This document shows, one piece after another, positions 16,211-26,757 of a DNA stretch of 36,540 bases. The notes beneath the pieces were generated by a model. It was given only the letters and a program-made list of their open reading frames with translations, did no database searches and was not told the origin of the DNA. How positions within the stretch are numbered: the first letter of the stretch is position 1; each line of letters begins with the position of its first letter. The translations under genes were made by a program, and so were the position numbers. The DNA is taken from IMG/VR virus record IMGVR_UViG_3300047669_001410, positions 1-36,540 of that record; one strand, 5' to 3'. Source of the stretch: a virus (Duplodnaviria; Caudoviricetes).

Positions 16211-17035
16211 ATGGCGGCTCCAACAATTGACGCTACCTTTATCTCGCAATTCGAAAGCGAAGTTCACGTTGCTTTTCAGCGTATGGGTTCTAAGCTAAGA
16301 AATACAGTTCGTGAGAAAAAGGTATCTGCTACCGACGATACTTTTCCGAAAATAGGAAAAGGCGTTGCAGGACAAAAAGCAAGACACGGTAAAGTACCAT
16401 TGATGAATTTAGACCACACAAAGGTCACAGTTACAATGGATGACTATTATGCCGGTGAGCTTATTGACAAACTAGATATGCTTAAAACTAACATTGACGA
16501 ACGACAAGTAACGGTTCAAGCGATTGCTGGAGCGTTAGGCCGTAAAGTTGATGAAGTGCTTACAACATCAATGTCGGCCTGTGCAGCTGCAAACACTCAA
16601 GTTCATGGCAGTACTGGTTTGACTTTAGCAAAAATACAAGAAGTCCACACCCGAATGGGGAACCGAGATGTTCCTGATGATGGTGCGCGATTTATGCCAG
16701 TTAGTCCTGCTGGATGGAATGATTTAATTAGCATCGATCAGTTTTCTGATGCCGATTACATTGGTCCAGATCAGTTGCCTTGGCCTACTGGCATTACTGC
16801 TAAAAGATGGTTTGGTATGTTGCTCTTTACATTTAGTGGTCTTCCGGTTTCGGGAACAACTAGAACAAGCTTTGCCTACCATAGAAGCGCAATGGGTCTT
16901 GGCATGAACGCTGAACCAAACATTACCCCATCTTGGGAAAACGAATATGCTGCATGGCTTTTTGTTGGCTCTCTTGCTTTAGGATCGGTCATTATTGACC
17001 AAGAAGGTCTTGAAGCAATTGAATACACAGAATAA
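16211..17035 (+). CDS. Major capsid protein
   Basis: FISQFESEVHVAFQRMGSKLR and ALGRKVDEVL. Position after the scaffold fits a podoviral HK97-fold capsid. Confidence 0.9.
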   Translation: MAAPTIDATFISQFESEVHVAFQRMGSKLRNTVREKKVSATDDTFPKIGKGVAGQKARHGKVPLMNLDHTKVTVTMDDYYAGELIDKLDMLKTNIDERQVTVQAIAGALGRKVDEVLTTSMSACAAANTQVHGSTGLTLAKIQEVHTRMGNRDVPDDGARFMPVSPAGWNDLISIDQFSDADYIGPDQLPWPTGITAKRWFGMLLFTFSGLPVSGTTRTSFAYHRSAMGLGMNAEPNITPSWENEYAAWLFVGSLALGSVIIDQEGLEAIEYTE

Positions 17036-17047
17036 AGGGGAAAGATA

Positions 17048-17308
17048 ATGGCTTTTGAATTTAAAAAACTTTCTCGTGTAGCTTCAAGTGCTGGGTTTAC
17101 TCAGTATATGTATGTATCTGCGGATAACAAAGCAGTTGCAGACTCTTCGGGCTACTTCAATGCGGCAAGTGGGTTCTTAAATATTGGCGATGTAATCATG
17201 GCTAAATTAGGAGATGCCACAGGTCATATGGTTGTAAGTGCAAATAGTGCGGCAGGCGTTGTTGATGTTAATGACATGAATGCGTTTGCAACAACCGATA
17301 CAGATTAA
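17048..17308 (+). CDS. Putative capsid decoration/cement protein
   Basis: 86 aa directly after the capsid gene, with Y.SAD...SGYFN...L.IGDVI. Confidence 0.55.
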   Translation: MAFEFKKLSRVASSAGFTQYMYVSADNKAVADSSGYFNAASGFLNIGDVIMAKLGDATGHMVVSANSAAGVVDVNDMNAFATTDTD

Positions 17309-17329
17309 GCTGCTTACTTATTGTGGCTT

Positions 17330-17397
17330 ATAAGAGGGGGATAAATTTGGGTTTAAAGACGGCTCCTTTTTAAATCCAGTTTCCCCCTTTTATTTTT
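17330..17397 (+). terminator. Long hairpin plus T tract after the capsid operon (terminator or processing site)
   Basis: Stems 17330-17341/17382-17393 and 17348-17359/17367-17378, followed by T5. Confidence 0.65.
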
Positions 17398-17408
17398 AGG
17401 AGACTTAA

Positions 17409-17438
17409 ATGGCTTATACTAAAAAAAAGAAGAAATAA
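17409..17438 (+). CDS. 9-aa basic mini-ORF MAYTKKKKK
   Basis: AGGAG 6 nt before the ATG. Its stop lies 3 nt before the tail tubular A ATG. Confidence 0.45.
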   Translation: MAYTKKKKK

Positions 17439-17441
17439 ATT

Positions 17442-18050
17442 ATGAGTAAAACCAAAATTGACTTAGTTAATTCAGCGTTAATTTTGGTTGGCGATACACC
17501 AATTACGTCTTTAGACGATCAATCAACTCAAGCTTTAGTTGCTAATACAATATTAGAAGATGTTATTGAAGCAGAGTTATTTGAAACACGGTGGAGATTC
17601 GCTACAGAAACAACGACAACATCATTTGTTGTAAGCGTAACACATCCAACAGGACTGGGTGTATTCCAGATTCCGGTAGGAACGGTCCGTATATGGAATG
17701 TGCTTGAGCGCGGAAGAAGCATAAATGGTGAATGGGAAATGGAAGGCGACAAATTGCTTATTAATGCTGACGCAAATTCTGTGATTAGTATTGAAAGAAC
17801 AGTTGAACCGCCCGTTGCAACTTGGCCTCCACATTTTAGAATGTCTATTATTCATGCGCTTGCTGCTATGTTTTGTATGGGCTTAACGGAAAACGAAGAA
17901 AAAGCAAAATTATTGGCTTCAATTGGCGACACTTACAAGAGAAAAGCTAGATCACAAGATGGAGGTCAATCCACTCCAAGAGCAATTACTACTCAACAGT
18001 TTTTGGCTGCAAGACGTGGGCTTAGATCGGGAAATGAAGGACTGCTTTAA
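17442..18050 (+). CDS. Tail tubular protein A (T7 gp11-like adaptor)
   Basis: IDLVNSALILVGDTPITSL, WRFA and WPPHF motifs, plus synteny. Confidence 0.85.
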   Translation: MSKTKIDLVNSALILVGDTPITSLDDQSTQALVANTILEDVIEAELFETRWRFATETTTTSFVVSVTHPTGLGVFQIPVGTVRIWNVLERGRSINGEWEMEGDKLLINADANSVISIERTVEPPVATWPPHFRMSIIHALAAMFCMGLTENEEKAKLLASIGDTYKRKARSQDGGQSTPRAITTQQFLAARRGLRSGNEGLL

Positions 18051-20161
18051 TGTCGAGAGCAATGAGTTCAATAACTACGTTCTCATCTGGCGAACTAGAT
18101 CCGCGAATGCGAGGAAGAACAGATCTTAAACATTATTTGCAGGGCGCTTTGCGTTTGCGTAATTTTAGACAGCTTGCACAGGGAGGTGTCACATCAAGAC
18201 CTGGAACAGATTTAATAGATAAGTTTTATGGGGATGGAAGATTAATTCCTTTTGTGTTTTCTGAAACTCAAAGTTATTTGCTGGTTCTTACTGCACAAAA
18301 AATGACAATTTATGGTGCGCCTAACTGGAATAAAGTTGAAGTAATTGCAACGCCTTGGTCTCTTTCTCATATAAAGACTTTAGACTTTACTCAATTTGCA
18401 GACACAATGATTATTTGCCATGAAGGAATTAAGCCTCAAATATTAAAGCGTTTAACTTTAAATAATTTTAGCCTTAATGAAGTTGCTTTTGACGAAAACC
18501 AAAACAAAACAAGATTAAATCAGCCTTATCATAAATTTACTGCTCCTGAAGTGCATTTAAAATTTTCTGTGGCTGGCGGTAGTTACGTTGCTGGCGCTTC
18601 TGTAACGTGCGGTGTTTATACAAATAACAGCACAACACCCGTTGTTAATTTTTGGAACGCAGATCATGTAGGAAAAAGATTTCAAATAATTGATGATGGG
18701 GATAATAACACTTTTAAAGAATTTGAAATAACAGCAATAACAGCTCTATCTCATGATGCTACTGTAACTTTAAAATCAGCGATTTCTTCTGCGGCTGCAC
18801 TATTAACATTAGATTGGGGTGAGCCTTTATTTAGCAACCTTAGAGGCTACCCATCTACCGCTTGCTTCCGAGAAGGACGGTTGTGGCTTAACGGCCCTCC
18901 AGCACGCCCTTCTGGGCTTGTTGCAAGCAAGATAGAACAGTTTTTTAACTTTGATGTTGGAACTGCCGCATCAGACGACGCTATTGATTTTTCATGCGCA
19001 ACTTCAGAAGTTAGAAGAATACAATATATTATTCCAGGTCGTGATTTAACAATTTTAACAGATGGGGCAGAATTATACACATCAGTTGATGCCGGTGAAG
19101 CAATTACTCCATCGAACATGAATGTTCAGCCTCAAACATTTTACGGGTGCAAACGAGTTAAGCCTCACGTTTTTGATAATGCAATCTTGTTTGCTCAACG
19201 AGGTAACGGCAAAAACATTAGAGAATATCATTATAAAGATTTAAATCAAAGTTACACTTCATCGTCTATTTCAATTTTGGCAGGTCATTTAATTGAAAAT
19301 CCAATTGATAGCGCAGTTTTAACCTCAAGTGATTACCCAGAACAATATGCTTTTTATGTTATGGGCAATGGATCTATGGCAGTATTTCATTCTATTCGAG
19401 AAGAAGAAACTCGTGGATGGTCTTTATGGTTTCCTGGAAAAAATGATGCAGGCCAAACAAGCGCAAGAACATCTTATAATAACTCTACTGTTACATCGGC
19501 AAGCGAAAATCATTTTTCAAGCCAATTAAATTTTTATTCTTCAATGTCTACAGGGGATAAGTTTTTAAGTGTTGCGGCAGTAAATGATAATTTGTTTGTG
19601 CTTGTTCAAAGAAAAGTAGCAGGAACAAATCATTATTATGTTGAACGTTTTAATAAAGACAGAGTCTTTGATTTAGGGATTACAGCGACGGCTAGCAGCC
19701 CTTCTAGGACATTTAGCGAGTTGCACACCTATGCTAACCATAAAGTTGCTGTACGAACTCGGAACGCTTTTATAGGGGAATACACAGTATCTTCCCTTGG
19801 AGTGCTTACATTGCCTGATTCTGTCGAAAAACAAATATCTTTAGAAATTGGTATCCCGTTTTTGTCGTATTTAAAACCTATGCCTTTTGATGCGGCAAGC
19901 AGAGGCGGTCCATTATCAGGAAAAAAACGGCGGTTAAATAAATTAATTGTAGAAACTTATGACACAATTTCTTTGACTGCCAGCGATCAAGTTTTGCTAA
20001 CTCGAAATGTGCAAGAAAATTTATCCGGTCAACCTGATCCTTTAAGTGGCCCATTTGAATTTAAGTTTCTTGGTTATTCAAGAGAGCCTACAGTTACATT
20101 GCTTTTAACTGAACCAATGAAAGCAACAATTTTATCTATGCAAGCAGAATTGGCGTATTAA
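18050..20161 (+). CDS. Tail tubular protein B (T7 gp12-like nozzle)
   Basis: FSSGELDP...GGVTSRPGT and GYPSTACFREGRLW motifs, plus synteny. Confidence 0.88.
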   Translation: MSRAMSSITTFSSGELDPRMRGRTDLKHYLQGALRLRNFRQLAQGGVTSRPGTDLIDKFYGDGRLIPFVFSETQSYLLVLTAQKMTIYGAPNWNKVEVIATPWSLSHIKTLDFTQFADTMIICHEGIKPQILKRLTLNNFSLNEVAFDENQNKTRLNQPYHKFTAPEVHLKFSVAGGSYVAGASVTCGVYTNNSTTPVVNFWNADHVGKRFQIIDDGDNNTFKEFEITAITALSHDATVTLKSAISSAAALLTLDWGEPLFSNLRGYPSTACFREGRLWLNGPPARPSGLVASKIEQFFNFDVGTAASDDAIDFSCATSEVRRIQYIIPGRDLTILTDGAELYTSVDAGEAITPSNMNVQPQTFYGCKRVKPHVFDNAILFAQRGNGKNIREYHYKDLNQSYTSSSISILAGHLIENPIDSAVLTSSDYPEQYAFYVMGNGSMAVFHSIREEETRGWSLWFPGKNDAGQTSARTSYNNSTVTSASENHFSSQLNFYSSMSTGDKFLSVAAVNDNLFVLVQRKVAGTNHYYVERFNKDRVFDLGITATASSPSRTFSELHTYANHKVAVRTRNAFIGEYTVSSLGVLTLPDSVEKQISLEIGIPFLSYLKPMPFDAASRGGPLSGKKRRLNKLIVETYDTISLTASDQVLLTRNVQENLSGQPDPLSGPFEFKFLGYSREPTVTLLLTEPMKATILSMQAELAY

Positions 20162-20631
20162 TGGGTGATCCAATTACAATTGGCTTAATGGTTGCCAGCA
20201 CAGCAATAGCTGCCGGTGGGCAAATTAAAGCGGGAAACGTTGCAAATGCAAGAGCAAAAGAAGCGGCTGCTCAAAGAGATTTAGAAACGCAACGATCTAT
20301 TGCGCAATTAAAACGTGAGAGTCAAGAAAGACAATCAAGAAACAGAGCCGCATTTGCAGCAAGTGGAGGCAGTTCTCAAGGAAGATCTGCTTTAGCCTTA
20401 ACTGCTGAAAACCTTAGAAGAGATGCAGACAATCTTTTAGCAACAAGAGTTACTGGAAGCAGTCAAACTCGCGCATTTCTTTTGCAAGGTAAAGAAGCTA
20501 AAGTCTCAGCCTATACTGGTGCGGCAAGTACAATCCTTAGTGGGGGAAGATCCCTTTTAAAGGGTGGCGGTTCATCAGGTGGCGGTTCATCAGGGGGCAG
20601 TTCATCAGGTGGTGGATACACTCCATATTAA
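20161..20631 (+). CDS. Internal virion protein (gp14-like)
   Basis: MGDPITIGLMVASTAIAAGG hydrophobic N-terminus, AAFAASG, and synteny. Confidence 0.7.
   Translation: MGDPITIGLMVASTAIAAGGQIKAGNVANARAKEAAAQRDLETQRSIAQLKRESQERQSRNRAAFAASGGSSQGRSALALTAENLRRDADNLLATRVTGSSQTRAFLLQGKEAKVSAYTGAASTILSGGRSLLKGGGSSGGGSSGGSSSGGGYTPY
20563..20616 (+). repeat. 15-bp tandem repeat encoding a (GGGSS)-type linker
   Basis: GGTGGCGGTTCATCA twice, then GGGGGCAGTTCATCA and a partial fourth unit. Confidence 0.85.
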
Positions 20632-20666
20632 TAAAATGCGTTATTTAAAGAAAGGAGAAATTAACA

Positions 20667-23318
20667 ATGGCTTTTGAACGGGAAAAGAAAAATGTTTCAA
20701 TTGGAAACATGCCAATTGTTGCTCCTGCTTCTTCAGGGGCATTAGCTAAATTTGCTGAAAATGTGCAAACTGATCTTGTAAATGAAAGGTCACAAGCAAA
20801 AAAAGATTCTGATAATATTTTTGTTGCTCAATCAAAAGCACTAATGTTTGATAGTTTGACGCAAATTAGCCTTGCTCAAGAAACACCTTCTACATTAGAT
20901 TTTGCTAAAGAAGCAAAAGTTACTAGAGATAAAGTGCTTAAAAGCGCAGAAAATAATGAACAACGTCAAGCGCTTCAAGTTTCTTTTTCTCAAATTGTTA
21001 GTTCTTACACAAATCAAATAGCTCAAAAAGAAGCAATGCACTATTCTAATGTAGCTATAGGCGACGCAGAAACAGCCGGAATAGATATAGTTGATATTCA
21101 CAAAGCACATTCAAATGAATCATCTGGAAGCCCAGATGTTCTTGCTGGATTTGATAAGGAAATAGATGTATTAGCTGAGCAAATGCGACGTCAATCACAA
21201 GGTCGCGTTACTCCATCAAAAGCAAAATTATGGGCAAGAAATCTTAAAGGCGAAATGAGAGAAAACGTAGCTTTTAATAATTACATGGACGATCTTAAAC
21301 TATTTGGCAAAACAAAAGCAGATGAAAATCTTGGTTCGGCAGCAAAAAGCTGGGCTAAAACAGATAAAGAAAATTTTACATTTAGAAAAAGCGTTAAAGA
21401 TCATCTTAATACAATGGAAGTAAAAGGAAAAATAAAAAGCATATTTTCAGATACAATGATAAAATTTGAAGGAGCTTCTCATAAAGAGAGAATAAATATG
21501 CTTCCTGCAATGAAAGGTACTTTACCTGAAGAGCTTTATGCTAAATCAGTAAGTGTTGTTGAAGCTGGAAACAACATTGTTAGAGCAGCATCTTTTGAAG
21601 CTGCAATTGACACAGCTCTTTTATCTGTTGAAACAGAAGAAGATGCAAATAAAATAGAGCACCTCTTTGCTGAAAACACAAAAACTGCAAGAGATAAAGC
21701 AATTCTTATTAAAAAAATTGCCAACCATAAAGAACAAATAATTTCAAATGCCGTTAAAAAAAGAGCTGATGAAATAAAAATAAAAACAGAAGCGTTTCAA
21801 GCAAAAGATTTGCAAATGACATTGCGTGATATAAAAATGAATGGCGCTCCTCCAAAAAACCCAAACTCAGGTTTGCCGTCAGGAATAACTACTCATTATT
21901 CAAATGGAGAACCTATTACAAAACCATCCCACATTACTGCTATTGAAAGCGCAATAACGTCAGCAATGATGGCAGATAATGATTATACAAATTGGGTTAG
22001 TAGTGGAAGAGTTGGGCCACCTAGTGCAAATATACAAAGAGGCATTAACAATAATTTTAATAAAAGTTTTGGTCCTTCTTACAGAAATTTTTTAGAAACT
22101 GGCGATCCTGCTGTAGCAGAAAATATTAACGAATTTATAAATATTAATAAAGTTATTCCAGCAGAAATATCAAACAATTTAAAATTTAACAACCTTGTTA
22201 AAATGCCATCTAATGAAATAGCTAATTTAGCTTCTTTAATTGCAGTAACTGATGGAAACCAAGAAAAAAACTCAGGAGTTGTTCGTTCATTAGGTAATCT
22301 TGACCCTGAAACAAGAATATTTTTAAACCGATTTTCTTTAGTGCCAGAAGAAAAAAGAGATTCTTATATGAACAATTATCAAGAAATGTTAATTGAAGCA
22401 AAAAATAATCCTGCTAAAATGGGGCATCATATAATTGCAGCAGAAATTACAGCTGCTCCCGTTGAAGGAGAAGTTAGCGTAATGGAAAAAGGTTTTGTAG
22501 ATTATGTTGCCGACAGCACTGTTACTGATGTCTGGAAATCTTTTACTAATCATTTATCTTTAGAAATTCCAGTTCTTACAGATGCTAAAAATTTAGGAAC
22601 TACTTTTAACGAAACTAAATTTAGCTACATGGACACTTACATGAGGCGAGTAAATCCAACTTTGTTTTTAGAACAAAATAGAAGTTTTAAACATGGAATG
22701 ACAGTTGGTATTTTTGGGGTTGATGTAGGCGATGTTCAGCTTCATTTAGGCAAAGAAGCTAGAAAGTATTTGGGAAATCAAGCCGCGCAAACTTACATTC
22801 AAACACAAGGCGTTGGAACTACAGAAGAATTATCAAAAATAGCTTGGGAAAAAACAGCTGAAAAAATTGGTTACAGCGTTTTACAAAAACCTACTTTTCA
22901 AGGCAAAGGCGTTTCTGATGACAATGTTATTCAAGCGTTTATTCCTGAATTAACATCTGGGTTGTCTGTTCCCGATACAGCAATTGTAATGATTGAAAGC
23001 ATAGCTGCTGCTTGGAATCTTTCTGGAGAAGCTAAAGGCAATTATGAATTTAAAGATGGAACTTATAAAACAGATGGAAAAATAGATTTTGGAAAACTGT
23101 TTGATGCAGGAAAAATTATGGCTACTTCTCCTTTGCCTCAAAAAAATGGAAAAGTTTTGCATAAATTAATGATTCAAGATGAAAGCATGGAATGGAAAAT
23201 AGTTTCTAATTTTAGCTCTGCAAACGTAGCTGCTTCTGATTATTTTGATTTAGGTAATTCTAAAATTCTTAAAAGAAGAACTACCGCTAGTAGAAAATTT
23301 GATGGTTCAGGTGATTAA
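20667..23318 (+). CDS. Internal virion protein (gp15-like)
   Basis: 883 aa with helical composition. Assigned by synteny only. Confidence 0.65.
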   Translation: MAFEREKKNVSIGNMPIVAPASSGALAKFAENVQTDLVNERSQAKKDSDNIFVAQSKALMFDSLTQISLAQETPSTLDFAKEAKVTRDKVLKSAENNEQRQALQVSFSQIVSSYTNQIAQKEAMHYSNVAIGDAETAGIDIVDIHKAHSNESSGSPDVLAGFDKEIDVLAEQMRRQSQGRVTPSKAKLWARNLKGEMRENVAFNNYMDDLKLFGKTKADENLGSAAKSWAKTDKENFTFRKSVKDHLNTMEVKGKIKSIFSDTMIKFEGASHKERINMLPAMKGTLPEELYAKSVSVVEAGNNIVRAASFEAAIDTALLSVETEEDANKIEHLFAENTKTARDKAILIKKIANHKEQIISNAVKKRADEIKIKTEAFQAKDLQMTLRDIKMNGAPPKNPNSGLPSGITTHYSNGEPITKPSHITAIESAITSAMMADNDYTNWVSSGRVGPPSANIQRGINNNFNKSFGPSYRNFLETGDPAVAENINEFININKVIPAEISNNLKFNNLVKMPSNEIANLASLIAVTDGNQEKNSGVVRSLGNLDPETRIFLNRFSLVPEEKRDSYMNNYQEMLIEAKNNPAKMGHHIIAAEITAAPVEGEVSVMEKGFVDYVADSTVTDVWKSFTNHLSLEIPVLTDAKNLGTTFNETKFSYMDTYMRRVNPTLFLEQNRSFKHGMTVGIFGVDVGDVQLHLGKEARKYLGNQAAQTYIQTQGVGTTEELSKIAWEKTAEKIGYSVLQKPTFQGKGVSDDNVIQAFIPELTSGLSVPDTAIVMIESIAAAWNLSGEAKGNYEFKDGTYKTDGKIDFGKLFDAGKIMATSPLPQKNGKVLHKLMIQDESMEWKIVSNFSSANVAASDYFDLGNSKILKRRTTASRKFDGSGD

Positions 23319-26300
23319 TGGTTACAGCATTTGCAAATATGGCAACACCTACTGTTAATCAGTTAGGCGAAGACCTTGATGAAGACTTAGAATTTGGAGG
23401 GACAAATCAAGCTGACCCTTTGTCGGGATTAATTTCAGAACAAAAAGCTAAAGATGCTAGAAGGCTAAATAAACAAAGCGAAGTTTCTGTTGGGCCACTT
23501 GAAGGAGAAAGCCCTGAAGAGTTTGCAACTAGCATTGGTTTAATTGTTGAAGACGATACGTTTAATAAAGAATTAAACCCTACGCTTGCTGGGCAAAAAC
23601 AATACAACGCTCAATTTCAAGCGGAGCAATCTAACAGTGAAAATAGATCTCACCAAGCATTTAAAGAAGGCATTAAAGATTTGTTTCCTGTTATCCCACA
23701 ACATTTAATAGATCATGCAACTTATAAGATAGCAGATTTGTTTGGAGAAACTATTCCTGGTCTTAGAAACTATTTTCCCGCAGATCCTAATTACAACAAT
23801 GAAGACCAACTTAAACAAGATGGCCGAGAATCTTTAAGAATTTTATATGAAGGCGTAGATAGCTATGAAAAATATGCACAAGTAACGCATCATTTGATGG
23901 AAGGAGAAAAGCGAAAACAATTAATACGAGAAGCCCCTATGGATTATGCTCTTGGTGGAATTGCGGGAGTGGCGATGCTGCCTGAAGCATGGCTTGCTTT
24001 AGGAGTGCGCGGAGGCATTAGACAAGTTGCTAAACAATCGTTAAAAGCCGGAGCGTTTTCTGCTATTCGAAACGTAGGCAAAGCAGCTCAAGAAAAAGAT
24101 CCTGAAAAAAATCCTTATTTAAATGCAGCAAAAATAACAGGTTTAGAAACAGCAGCTGTATTTGCAATTGGTGGTTTATTTAGAGGAATAAACGTAGGGG
24201 CTGGTACTATAAAAACACGATATGGTGACGCAGTTACTTCTGAAGGAGCGTATGTTCGTCACGCTGTTGGAGAAAAAATAGCTGATGATATAGAAGTATC
24301 AGCACAAGACGGAGTAATAAAAGATATAAACGTTGAACAGCCTAAAGCTCAATCAGTAGGAGCTGAAGCAACAGGAAAGTTTTCTGGACCGCAAACATTA
24401 GGAGAAGAATTACAGTCTAACTCAATAGAAAAAACATGGGCTGGGCTAGGAAAAGTAACTCCAATTGCTAGAGTTTTATCAAGTTCAGATGTTAACGCAA
24501 AACAACTAATGTTAGACGTGTTTGAAGTTGTTCCAAAGCTAATGAAGAATACAGAAAAATTTGCGTATCAAGCAACTGAAACCGCAATAGAAACATTAGT
24601 CAGAACAAAGTATAGAGGAGATATTGGGCTATTGCATAAAGGAGTGTATGACAATTACTCTGCGCTTCTTAAAAATATAGGAGTTGGAAAAGCTGGACGC
24701 ATTGCTGGAGCAGTAGGAATAAGACCAAACAGCAAAGCTCCAACAGCATTAGAATTTAGACAGCTTGTTTCTGAAGCGAGACGATCTGGCAAGCAATCTA
24801 ATATACCTGAAGTAAATAAAACTGTTGACCAAGTTGATAAAGTTCTTACAAAGTATTTTGATGAAATGATGGAGTTAGGTATTCCTTGGGATAAACAAAC
24901 ACGTCAAATTTCAAAACTTAATAACGAATTGCTTTTAGACGATAGCGCTTTATTTAAAAGTAGAAACGCTAAAGCAGGAACTGCATCAAGTCAAAAATCT
25001 TATTTAGCTTCAGCTCGATTAGGTTTAAAAAATGAAGTCGCTAAATTAGAAAAAGAAATTGCAGATATTAAATTGGCGCTTGCAAAAAATAAATCTTCGT
25101 ATCTTCCAAGAATGTGGAGAAAAGACAAAATAGAAAAGAATTTTGATGGGCTTGTTGCAAAATTAAAAAAAGACGGAGGCTTAACTCTTGGAGAAGCTGT
25201 TGCTACCGCTAACAGATTAAAAACTTATAAAGCGTTTGTTGCTTCTGATGACACCACTAAAACTGGAACAGCAAGTGCGTTTCACGCTAGAGATCTTAAC
25301 TTTATAAAAGATGAAAATTATTCTGAATTTTTAGAATCAGATATTCTTAGCATTATGACAACTTATTCTCGAACTATGGCTCCTGATTTAGAGCTGTATA
25401 GAAAATTTGGTTCTATTGATTTGGAAACAAGCAATGTGTTTAATGGGGAAGCTGGCCCTATTGCAATAGTAAAAGCAAATTATCAAGCGCGATTAAAAGA
25501 AAACCCTTCAGAAAAATTACAAAAAGAAATGAATACAGTCATTGAAGATCTTTATGGAATGCGTGATTTAATGCGCGGAACTTATATGACTCCATTAGAT
25601 CCAAACAGTAAAATATCTTCCGGCATTCGAATAGCTAAAAATTTTGCAGCAATGACTCAACTAACCGGAGCTATGGCGGCGGCTCCAGATATAGCTAGAG
25701 TAGTTACAGCAAATGGTTTGCGTAAATCTATGGGAAGTATTTTTGAAGCATTAATGAATAACGATGTTTGGAAAAAAGGATTAGCTCAAAACCGTGAAGT
25801 AGGAGAAAGTTTTGAATTTTGGTTAAACAGTAGAGCAGCTCAAATAGCTGATGTTGGCGATACGTTTGGAATGCACAATAGATTTGAATCTAAAGTTGCA
25901 GGAATGTCTTCTTTGAATTTTATAATTAACGGTATGTCTCTTTGGAACGACTTTGCTAAAACTGCAACAGGCATTATTACTAGCACTAAAATATTAAGTG
26001 ATGTTGAATCTTTAATAGCTGGTACAGCTACAAAGTCTCAACGAGAGCGATTGGCTAAATCAGGAATTGGTAAAGAAGAAGCAGAGTCTATATTTGCAAT
26101 GAAAGATAATTGGCAAAGAACAGACGCAAACATTATAGCAAACAGTTCTGCTTGGGATAATTTAATTGCTAAAGACGCTTTTGATAATGCGTTAAGTAAA
26201 GAAGTTGGAACTGTTGTTGTTACACCTGGACTTGGAGAGCGTCCTCTTTTTATGTCAAATGAATACATATCATTAATAACGCAATTTAAATCATTTGCTA

Positions 26301-26755
26301 TGTCTAGTCATACTAGAGTTTTAATTCCCGCATTGCAGGAAGCAGATCGCAACACATTAACTCAAATAGCATTAATGACTGCTATTGGCTCTGGAGTCGC
26401 TTACATAAGAAATGAACAATTAGATGGCCCTGAAATGGATTTAGATAATTTATTGTTTGAAGGAGTAGGAAGATCGGGATGGACAGGAGCATTTATTGAT
26501 GTAGATAATGCTTTGCATACATTAAGCGGAGGCAATCTTTCAGTGCAAAATTTATTAAATCAAGGAAGATTTGTTACTGAAAAAAGCGCATTGCAAACAG
26601 TAGTAGGCCCGTCTGGTTCGCAATTTATGAATGCTGCTGAATTAGCTGGAGATATATTATCTGGTGACATTAACAGTAAAGACGTTAAAAAATTAATTCC
26701 GTACAACAGAATAGCTCATTTACAATGGATGTTTAATTCTCCGTTTGATGAGTAA
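23318..26755 (+). CDS. Large internal virion protein (gp16-like)
   Basis: 1145 aa with YLPRMW and LITQFKSF motifs, located before the tail fibre. Confidence 0.75.
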   Translation: MVTAFANMATPTVNQLGEDLDEDLEFGGTNQADPLSGLISEQKAKDARRLNKQSEVSVGPLEGESPEEFATSIGLIVEDDTFNKELNPTLAGQKQYNAQFQAEQSNSENRSHQAFKEGIKDLFPVIPQHLIDHATYKIADLFGETIPGLRNYFPADPNYNNEDQLKQDGRESLRILYEGVDSYEKYAQVTHHLMEGEKRKQLIREAPMDYALGGIAGVAMLPEAWLALGVRGGIRQVAKQSLKAGAFSAIRNVGKAAQEKDPEKNPYLNAAKITGLETAAVFAIGGLFRGINVGAGTIKTRYGDAVTSEGAYVRHAVGEKIADDIEVSAQDGVIKDINVEQPKAQSVGAEATGKFSGPQTLGEELQSNSIEKTWAGLGKVTPIARVLSSSDVNAKQLMLDVFEVVPKLMKNTEKFAYQATETAIETLVRTKYRGDIGLLHKGVYDNYSALLKNIGVGKAGRIAGAVGIRPNSKAPTALEFRQLVSEARRSGKQSNIPEVNKTVDQVDKVLTKYFDEMMELGIPWDKQTRQISKLNNELLLDDSALFKSRNAKAGTASSQKSYLASARLGLKNEVAKLEKEIADIKLALAKNKSSYLPRMWRKDKIEKNFDGLVAKLKKDGGLTLGEAVATANRLKTYKAFVASDDTTKTGTASAFHARDLNFIKDENYSEFLESDILSIMTTYSRTMAPDLELYRKFGSIDLETSNVFNGEAGPIAIVKANYQARLKENPSEKLQKEMNTVIEDLYGMRDLMRGTYMTPLDPNSKISSGIRIAKNFAAMTQLTGAMAAAPDIARVVTANGLRKSMGSIFEALMNNDVWKKGLAQNREVGESFEFWLNSRAAQIADVGDTFGMHNRFESKVAGMSSLNFIINGMSLWNDFAKTATGIITSTKILSDVESLIAGTATKSQRERLAKSGIGKEEAESIFAMKDNWQRTDANIIANSSAWDNLIAKDAFDNALSKEVGTVVVTPGLGERPLFMSNEYISLITQFKSFAMSSHTRVLIPALQEADRNTLTQIALMTAIGSGVAYIRNEQLDGPEMDLDNLLFEGVGRSGWTGAFIDVDNALHTLSGGNLSVQNLLNQGRFVTEKSALQTVVGPSGSQFMNAAELAGDILSGDINSKDVKKLIPYNRIAHLQWMFNSPFDE

Positions 26756-26757
26756 AA

